A stretch of DNA of 52,956 bases from Myxococcota bacterium (GTDB lineage Bacteria; Myxococcota; JACRCW01): assembly GCA_040752415.1 (NCBI GenBank), contig JBFMGU010000042.1, positions 1 through 52,956 on the forward strand, in the 5' to 3' direction. Of this stretch, positions 45,791 to 52,956 are shown piece by piece; the stretch's first letter is position 1, and each line of letters starts with the position of its first letter. The translations under genes were made by a program, and so were the position numbers. Below the pieces are notes generated by a model. It made no database searches. It was not told where the DNA came from and saw nothing but the letters and a program-made list of their open reading frames with translations.

Positions 45791-46245
45791 TGAACAAACC
45801 CCATGTTCCCTAGTTTCGGGACCGCACCGTGCGACCCGCTTCCAAAAGGGTGGGCGTCTGTAGCCCGCGCTCACACTGCACTGCAAATGGGCAGGGTCCC
45901 CCCACTGACCGATGCTGCGGGCCCGTCCGGTGCCGCGGAATCGCCCCAAACCAACGCCAACCCGGCGGGCTGCGAGGGGCTGACGCGAGGTCCGGTCCTG
46001 CTACGGCGTGCGGCGCCCGGAACAGGAAGAACGTCGGCGCGGCCCTTGGCCTCGGTGTTCACCGTCTCGCCGTGGCCCCGGGACGCCGCGCACTCCCAGC
46101 AAGCCTGGACCTCAAGCATCCGCTCCCGCGTTGCGCGCGCCAAAGTCCGTTGCCTACTGTCGCGGCCGTCGGGGGCGTCCGGGGAATCCGGTGCAGGCAG
46201 GCGCTTCCGACGGCCTTGGAGATTCCGGCCAGGCAAGGAGGCGTC

Positions 46246-49200
46246 ATGATGCGGTGGTCCGTGGCATGGGCGGCGTTGGCGTTGTCAGGGTGTCTGGCGG
46301 TCCCGGCCACCAATCCCTACGACCCGCAGACTCCCAGCGCCCAACGCGCCAAGGCCATCCTCACCGGCACCGCCCACTACCCGGACCGCTCCGACGTGGA
46401 GGGCATCACCGTGGTGCTCCTCTCCGAGGACGGTTTGACTGCGCTGCGCAGCGTCACGCTCGGCGGGGCCACCGGGGAGACCTTCAGCTTCGAGCAGGAA
46501 TCCGGCAGCTACCGCGTGCGGGCACAGGCGCGCTTCTACGGCAGCGTCACGGCGGGGCCGCTCACGGTGGCGCCGGGGGAGACGGTGGACCTGGGTCGTC
46601 TCACCCTGCAGCCCGCGCCCCCCAACGCAGCGCTCAAGGGGCAGGTGCAGGTCAACGGCGGCCTCGCCCCCGACGGCATCCTGGTCACGCTGCGCAGCGC
46701 CGACCGCGACGGATCCTGCGGCGTGGTGGTGGCGCAGCAGCCCACCGGCGCGGGCGGGCAGTTCCTCTTCGGGCTGCTGGGCACGGGCCGCTACGTGGTG
46801 GTGGCGCAGGCGGAGGGCGCCACGGTGGACGCGCTGGAGGTGGAGGTTCCCCCGGACGCCACCAGCGAGCTGCCGCGCGCGCTCACCCTGCAGCCCTCCA
46901 GCGCCGCGGTGCAGGTGGAGGCCGCCGGCACCAAGCCCGCCGTCGCCACGCGGGTGCCCAACATCACCGTGCACGTGCTCCCCATGGCCGACATGGACGA
47001 GATGCGCATCAGTGAGGACCCCACCTTCGGCTCACACGGCACGCCCGCCTCCTGGGTCTCCTACAACCCGCAGGCCGGCTTCGACCTGGGCACCACCGAG
47101 GGGCTGCGCACCATCCACGTGCAGCTGCGCAGGGGCTGCCTCACCAGCCCGGTGTTCGCCGCGGACGTCCTCTACGACCGCACCCCGCCCCAGCTGCTCT
47201 CCGTCACGCTCAACGCGGGCCGCACCTTCCTCACCGACGACACCGCGGTGGTGCCGCTGAGCCTGGAGGCCAATGACCGCAGCGGGATCACCGCGGTGCA
47301 GGTGCTGGTGGGCGAGGATGACCCGGGCACCACGCCCTTCACGCCGGTGGAGGCGCTCCCCGGCCTCTTCCGCTTCACCACCCAGGTCAACCTGCCCGCC
47401 GCCGACGGGACCACCCGCGTCCGCGTGCGCGTGCGCGACGCCGCCGGCAACGAGACGCCGCTCAGCGAGGCGGACGCCTTTGCCACCACCATCACCCGCG
47501 ACACCGCCGCGCCTTCGCCCGCGGACGGGTTGACCCTGCGCGTGGCGTCGGGGCGCACGCTCCTGCCCGCCGCGCCGGCCTCCGGGCTGGACGCGCGCCT
47601 CAATGACAGCCGCCCGGTCTTCCACTTCAACCCCAGCCCCGAGGACGACGTCACGCGCCCGCTCACCTACCGCGTGGAGCTGAGCGCGGGCACCGACTTC
47701 AGCGCGTTGTTGCCGCTGGGGAACGCCACGCCGGTGGACGTGGGGGGCGCGCGGGAGCTGGCGGTGCCCTTCGCGCTCGTCGACGGGACCTACCGCTGGC
47801 GCGTGGTGGCGGTGGACGCCGCGGGGCTGAGCGCGGTGAGCGCCACCCACGTCTTCGAGGTGGACACCGTGGGCCCCGCCGCGCCGCCCTACCTCACGGT
47901 GCCCTCGCCCACCGCGCTGCCGGTGGACATCACCATCCCCGCCGGGGCCGACGCGGTGCGCGTGGACGTGCGCGTGCAGCCCATCCCCAACGGCACCACG
48001 CCGCTGCTCGGGGAGGTGACCGGCGTGGGCGCGCACCGCGAGGTGCTGGACACCCATGGCTCGGCCTTCCTGGCGGTGCAGGTCACCGGCCCCAGCGTGC
48101 CCAGCGGGACGGTGCCGGAGGGCCAGATCACCGTCATGGAGACCGCGCCCGGCTCCGGCGTCTTCCAGCCCTACGCCACCTTCCTGGTCACGGTGTTCGC
48201 GCTGGATGACCTGGGCAATGCCGGCGTGCCGCGCACCGAGGTGTTCACCCTGGACCTCACCGCGCCCGCCCCGGTGCTCTTGGATGGCGCGCCCCCGCCC
48301 TACACCAACCAGGAGCAGATCACCGTCCGGCTCAGCTTTGCCACCGAGGTCCCGCACCTCACCGACCCCAGCTTCCTGCGTTACGAGATCTGCACCGCGC
48401 GCGTGGCCACCCCGGACGCCCCCGCCTGCCAGGACGACGACGACTGGGCCCCCGCCGCCGGAATCGACGGGTTCGTGGTGGCGCTGGACGCCAACGTGGG
48501 CGGCCCGGAGGCCAACCCCAACACGCTGAACGTGGTGTGTGCGCGCACCCGGGATTCCGCCGACAACGTCTCGGAGCCCAACTGTCGCGTGACGGTGCTG
48601 GACCAGGTGCCGCCGCTGCCGCCGCGCCTGGCGGTGCCGGAGCTGGAGGTCAACGGGGAGCAGGCGGTGGCGTGGCTGGTCTCGCAGCCGTGTCCCGCGC
48701 TGGGCGCCCCGGCGGTGGCCTGCGACGCCAACCCGCTGGCGGTGGAGATCCGCGGCGGCGTGGGCCAGACGGACTTCACCGCGCTGCCGCTGCCGGAGCA
48801 GGCCGCCAGCAGCTTCTCCGTGGCGCTCCCCGCGCCCGACCGCGACGCCGACACCGCCACCGCGCAGATCCGTCTCGTCGACAAGGCGGGCAACCGCTCC
48901 CCCACCAGCGAGGTGATCGTCCACCGCCAGGGCGACCGCCTGCTCTTCACCCTGCCCCCTGACTTCACCCTGGGGGCCTCGTTCGCCGGCTCGCTCAGCC
49001 CGCGCCTGGCGGCCACCAACGGCACCGCGTTCTTCGTCCCCGTCTCCACGCAGCCGCTGGTGCGCGGCTTTGACACGGTGGCCTACCTGGTGGCCCAGCC
49101 CGCCGACGTCCCCGACGTGGGGCTGGACCAGGCCTCCTCCCCCATGCCCTCGGCCATCCGCCCCTTCGGGAACGGCGGTTACGACGACCCCGAGGACGAG

Positions 49201-52200
49201 CCGGAGGACGTGAACCTCAGCTACCTGTTCCGCATCGGCGGCGGCGGCGCGGCGCACGGCGCGCTGAGCTGGGTGCACACCTACACCGACGTCGCCACGC
49301 GGGGCTTCTTTGAGATCACCGGCGGGACCGGGCGGGTGACGCTGACCTGGCCCGACGAGCACGGCCGCTTTGACGTGCGCGGCACCAACCGCGAGGGCGA
49401 GCTGATCCTCAACGACGGGCGCTGCCGCTACGGCTTCTACTCGCAGTGCCAGGAGACCGTGCTGGGCTGGCCCGGCCTCTACGGCCTGTTTGACTTCACC
49501 GACTCCACCACCGACGGGCGCTCGGTGCTGCTGACCACGCCGGGGAACTCGCGCGTGGTGGTGGACGGGGCGCCCGCGGGTGAGCTGACCATCACCGGTC
49601 CGCACGTGCTGGGCCTGAGGGTCACCGCGCTCCCCGAGGTGCCCACGCCCTATCCGCGCGCCCTGCAGCTCGACATCCAGCTCCCCGCCGGGGCCACCTT
49701 CTACGGCGCGGCGTACGACATCAGCTTTGGCGCCTACGCCGTGGCCTCCTACGGCCTGGACCAGTACACGGCGCGCGGCGGCGGCAAGGAGTGGGTGGAG
49801 CTGTTCGGTCGCCAATACATCAGCGACAACGAGGACGCCGTGCTGGCCCTCATCCTGCCGGAGGGGGTGACCGCCACGGTGCCGCTGGTCTCGCTGCCCG
49901 GGCCGGTGGGGCCGCTGGTGCCCACCGGGACCTTGAGCCGCCCGCTCGCCACCCTCGACGACGCGGAGAACCTGCCGGTCACCGACCCCACCGGGCAGGA
50001 CTCCGACACGGTGGTGCCGGTGGCGGAGGTCATGCTCCTCAATGAGAACACCCAGAGCGCGGCGGCCATCCTGCTGGACTGGGGTGCGGACCGTCGCCCC
50101 GCGCCCAACCCCCAGACCGCCGAGCGCGTGGCGGAAGCCGGCGTGCCCCTGGACGACGTCAAGGAGCGCCTGCTGGAGGAGGACTCGCCCTTCCGCTGGG
50201 CCGCCACCGGCACGGTGGGCACCCCGGTGGTCCCGCCCGGCGCGTGCGTCCTGGCGGTCACCGCCACCGAGGACAAGATCCTGCGACGCGTGCGGGTGCG
50301 CGGCCGCGGCGCCCTGGATGACCTCAAGTTCTTCCTCTGGGAGAAGGACAGCAGCCGCAGCCTGGGCGCGTACTACCAGCAGTACCTGAGCAGCCAGTTC
50401 CACGGCGGACTGGAGCTCCAGGCCGAGGGCGGGGTGGACCGCTGCGACGACCGTCCCGGCGGGTGCGCCAGCGCCGCCAGCTACGAGACGCGCTTCCTGC
50501 TGGCCGCGGGCAAGCAGTACCTGCTGATGGTGGGCACCGAGCTGGTGCAGAACAACCGCCTCACCGGCTACGGCTGGCCCGCCAGCAACCCGGAGGCCGC
50601 CCTCAACGCCGCGCCGCAGCCGCTGGGCTTCATGGAGGTGGAGGGCACGGTGACGCGCACCGCGCTGGCGGTGGAGGTGGACGCGCTGGGCCTGCAGGCG
50701 CTCACCGTGGATCCGTCCGCGCCCACCTGCGTCATGGAGCTGGAGGCCATGGATCGGATCAGCTACGGGCGGCCGGCGGTGGAGGCGGGGAGCGTGGTGT
50801 TCACGCGACGCGCGGAGCAGCCGTCCGGGCCGCCGGTGGTGAGCGTGCTGGCCGGCGCGCCCGGCCCGAGCGGACGGGTCACGCGCCCCGATCTGCGGGT
50901 GGTGGACACGCTGCCCGCGGGCGGGCGGACCCTGGCCACCCAGGTCCACGACGGGGTGGTGCGCTGGGTGGCGCTCCTGCCGGACGGATCCGGACAGCTG
51001 CGCCAGGTGGAGACCTCACCCTGGCCGCCGGGGCCGCCGGTGACCGTGCTGGACCTGGAGGGCGGCGACCCGCTGCGGCCCACGCTGGCCTCGCTGGCGG
51101 GCGACCGGCTCGTGGTCACCGGGGAGAGCGCCTCCGGCCTGGAGACCCGCGTCTACCAGCTGACGCGCGACTCACGGGGGGCGGTGGAGCTGCGTCGCTT
51201 CCCGGCGCGCCCGTCCACCACCGCGCTGGCCCTGGACGGCGACGACCTCTTTGCCTGGGTGGAGGGGGTGCAGGGCGGCCAGCTCTACCACCGCGACCTG
51301 GGCGACCTGGTCTCGCTGCACGCCGGCGGCCTGGACCGCGTGGTGAACTTTGGCATGCGTCCGCCGCCGCCGGGTGGGGCGGTGGGCTCCGCGCTGGCGG
51401 TGCTGGCCCCCATCTCCGGCCCGCTGGAGACGGAGGTGCTGGAGCTGGACGGATCCGCGGGCGGCTCACGGGTGCTGGCCAGCGGATCCTTGCGCCTGCA
51501 CCCGGTGGCGGTGGGGAGCCAGGTGGCCATGCTGCGCCTGCCCGCGGTGCTGGAGACGGCGCCGGTGCCCGGCTCGGAGGTGAAGGTGGTGCTGCGGCCG
51601 CTGGACGGATCGGATCCGTCAGTGGCGGATGTGGAGCTGCCGGCGGCCAGCCTGGCGCTCTCCGGGGTGCCCGCGCTCTCCGCGCGCGAGTGGATCTCCC
51701 GGGTCACCCTGGCCGCCGACGGGCAGACCCTGGCGGTGCTGGGCGCGGACGCCTCCGGGGAGCCGGAGCTCTCGCTCTTCGAGCTGGACGGCACCGACCC
51801 CGCGCTGGTGGTTTCCGCCATCACCCCGCTCCCGCTAACGGACGTGGAGACGCTGCACGTCAGCGGTGACCTGGTGGCGGTGCTCTCCGCCGACGGCTCG
51901 GCCACGGTGCTGCTGCGCAACGACTCCGGCCAGTGGGCGCCGCTGGACTGGGAGACCGAGGCCACGGCACTCCTGGGCGACGGCCGCAACAAGCGCGTGC
52001 TGGGCATCACCGACGGCATGCTGGTGGTGACCGAGGAGCCGCAGACCATTCCCACGCTGACGGAGTACCTCTCGTTCGCGGAGGTGGCGCTGTTGCGGCT
52101 GGGCGCGCAGCCGGGCGTGGAGGCGCGCATGCGGCTGCCGGCGCTGGCGTACTTCCACCGCTTCACCACCGCCGCGCTGGCCGCCGACGGGGACCTGTTG

Positions 52201-52416
52201 CTCTACGACACCTCCGCCGTTCCCGACGCGCTGTGGCGCCTGGACCGCACCACCGGGAACGCGCGCGTGCTGGCCACGCGGCACCGCCCATTCAACCTGC
52301 TCACCGAGAGCGTGGGGAACGCCGCGGCGCCGCGCGTGTCCGGCTCCGCGATCTACTTCCTGCGCCAGGGCACCACCGGCATGGGCCTGTATCGCTACCG
52401 CTCGCTGGAGCCGTGA
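46246..52416 (+). CDS. Giant lipoprotein, 2056 aa: carboxypeptidase-regulatory-like domains, Ig-like stalk, unknown beta-rich C-terminal half
   Basis: SD AAGGAGG; lipobox ALALSGC followed by NPYDP. Repeated D.T.P...D.AGN units; strong GC3 bias throughout. Confidence 0.82.
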   Translation: MMRWSVAWAALALSGCLAVPATNPYDPQTPSAQRAKAILTGTAHYPDRSDVEGITVVLLSEDGLTALRSVTLGGATGETFSFEQESGSYRVRAQARFYGSVTAGPLTVAPGETVDLGRLTLQPAPPNAALKGQVQVNGGLAPDGILVTLRSADRDGSCGVVVAQQPTGAGGQFLFGLLGTGRYVVVAQAEGATVDALEVEVPPDATSELPRALTLQPSSAAVQVEAAGTKPAVATRVPNITVHVLPMADMDEMRISEDPTFGSHGTPASWVSYNPQAGFDLGTTEGLRTIHVQLRRGCLTSPVFAADVLYDRTPPQLLSVTLNAGRTFLTDDTAVVPLSLEANDRSGITAVQVLVGEDDPGTTPFTPVEALPGLFRFTTQVNLPAADGTTRVRVRVRDAAGNETPLSEADAFATTITRDTAAPSPADGLTLRVASGRTLLPAAPASGLDARLNDSRPVFHFNPSPEDDVTRPLTYRVELSAGTDFSALLPLGNATPVDVGGARELAVPFALVDGTYRWRVVAVDAAGLSAVSATHVFEVDTVGPAAPPYLTVPSPTALPVDITIPAGADAVRVDVRVQPIPNGTTPLLGEVTGVGAHREVLDTHGSAFLAVQVTGPSVPSGTVPEGQITVMETAPGSGVFQPYATFLVTVFALDDLGNAGVPRTEVFTLDLTAPAPVLLDGAPPPYTNQEQITVRLSFATEVPHLTDPSFLRYEICTARVATPDAPACQDDDDWAPAAGIDGFVVALDANVGGPEANPNTLNVVCARTRDSADNVSEPNCRVTVLDQVPPLPPRLAVPELEVNGEQAVAWLVSQPCPALGAPAVACDANPLAVEIRGGVGQTDFTALPLPEQAASSFSVALPAPDRDADTATAQIRLVDKAGNRSPTSEVIVHRQGDRLLFTLPPDFTLGASFAGSLSPRLAATNGTAFFVPVSTQPLVRGFDTVAYLVAQPADVPDVGLDQASSPMPSAIRPFGNGGYDDPEDEPEDVNLSYLFRIGGGGAAHGALSWVHTYTDVATRGFFEITGGTGRVTLTWPDEHGRFDVRGTNREGELILNDGRCRYGFYSQCQETVLGWPGLYGLFDFTDSTTDGRSVLLTTPGNSRVVVDGAPAGELTITGPHVLGLRVTALPEVPTPYPRALQLDIQLPAGATFYGAAYDISFGAYAVASYGLDQYTARGGGKEWVELFGRQYISDNEDAVLALILPEGVTATVPLVSLPGPVGPLVPTGTLSRPLATLDDAENLPVTDPTGQDSDTVVPVAEVMLLNENTQSAAAILLDWGADRRPAPNPQTAERVAEAGVPLDDVKERLLEEDSPFRWAATGTVGTPVVPPGACVLAVTATEDKILRRVRVRGRGALDDLKFFLWEKDSSRSLGAYYQQYLSSQFHGGLELQAEGGVDRCDDRPGGCASAASYETRFLLAAGKQYLLMVGTELVQNNRLTGYGWPASNPEAALNAAPQPLGFMEVEGTVTRTALAVEVDALGLQALTVDPSAPTCVMELEAMDRISYGRPAVEAGSVVFTRRAEQPSGPPVVSVLAGAPGPSGRVTRPDLRVVDTLPAGGRTLATQVHDGVVRWVALLPDGSGQLRQVETSPWPPGPPVTVLDLEGGDPLRPTLASLAGDRLVVTGESASGLETRVYQLTRDSRGAVELRRFPARPSTTALALDGDDLFAWVEGVQGGQLYHRDLGDLVSLHAGGLDRVVNFGMRPPPPGGAVGSALAVLAPISGPLETEVLELDGSAGGSRVLASGSLRLHPVAVGSQVAMLRLPAVLETAPVPGSEVKVVLRPLDGSDPSVADVELPAASLALSGVPALSAREWISRVTLAADGQTLAVLGADASGEPELSLFELDGTDPALVVSAITPLPLTDVETLHVSGDLVAVLSADGSATVLLRNDSGQWAPLDWETEATALLGDGRNKRVLGITDGMLVVTEEPQTIPTLTEYLSFAEVALLRLGAQPGVEARMRLPALAYFHRFTTAALAADGDLLLYDTSAVPDALWRLDRTTGNARVLATRHRPFNLLTESVGNAAAPRVSGSAIYFLRQGTTGMGLYRYRSLEP

Positions 52417-52797
52417 GGCGCGGGGCGGGAGCACGTCGGTCCATCGGGTTTTCGAAAGTCGTGAGCGGACCACGACCTGGAGTGCGGCGGGCCCTCGCCG
52501 CCCTGGTCAGCGTCACGCGGTATTCCCCCGCCAGCGGCCGGCACGCGTCACTGTCACAGTCAGACACGGCTGCCGCACGCGCCCCGTCGCGACGGACGCC
52601 GGCCCTTCCGTCACTCAGCGCTGCGGATGACGCGCGCGGCGCTGGCCAGGGCGGCGAGGGCCCGCCGCACTCCAGGTCGTGGTCCGCTCACGACTCTCGC
52701 GAACTGCTAGTACTACGTGGTCATCTGACGTCGTCACGGCAGTGGCCGGGAAACACTCGCGCCGCCGGTATCCAGGGCGTAAGACGACGCCGCAGCC

Positions 52798-52956
52798 GTA
52801 GGGGCTAGGCATTTCCACGTCGTGGAGGTGGCCAAAGTGGAAGGAAATGCCTAGCCCGGGGGGCGAGAAGTGAATCGACGCGTCCAAGAAGAACGCGCCC
52901 CGGTTGCGCAAGTGGCGTCGGGGTAACGGTGTGGCACCGTCGGCCCCGGGCTAGGC
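52798..52956. repeat. GTAG-type REP element (family C); a second copy begins at the window end
   Basis: GTAG followed by GGGCTAGGCATTTCC (52802-52816)...GGAAATGCCTAGCCC (52843-52857). The window ends in CCCCGGGCTAGGC, the reverse complement of 52849-52861. Confidence 0.75.

Noticed and set aside
47032..50949. 1305-aa minus-strand ORF
   Set aside because: Antisense shadow of the 46246-52416 lipoprotein.
1..52956. tRNA, rRNA or recognisable riboswitch
   Set aside because: No cloverleaf, rRNA-like or known riboswitch motif seen by eye in the intergenic regions; a covariance-model search would be needed to exclude them.

Overview
GC-rich bacterial window, most likely from a Myxococcota (myxobacteria-related) genome, judged from a DUF2378-family gene, a MYXO-CTERM-like tail and Cys-rich giant lipoproteins. 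The left end carries the start of a flagellar basal-body operon (flgB-flgC-fliE-fliF-fliG, then a truncated next gene). Upstream lie a secreted helical protein, a receiver-less sigma54 activator, a PilT-family ATPase and a divergent PAS/GAF histidine kinase; sigma54-type promoters precede flgB and the kinase. Next come an ECF41 cassette (promoter, AzoR-SnoaL fusion, SigJ-like sigma), a VOC gene, a RadD-like helicase and a VIT-vWA-MYXO-CTERM gene tightly coupled to an Lgt paralogue. The rest holds three ~2000-2700 aa surface lipoproteins, a PPC-repeat lipoprotein, a di-haem cytochrome c lipoprotein, a membrane-tethered pilin-like protein, an alpha/beta-hydrolase + SCP2 pair, and a two-gene unit of an EF-hand-like protein and a tandem double IucA/IucC-like ligase. 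Four intergenic REP/REPIN-like foldback elements from three sequence families are present. No rRNA, tRNA, CRISPR array or transposase was seen. Best candidates for undescribed biology: the Lgt paralogue/MYXO-CTERM pairing, the orphan tandem NIS-like ligase, and the flagellar regulatory circuit in a myxobacteria-like host. All calls come from motif reading by eye; no database search was run.
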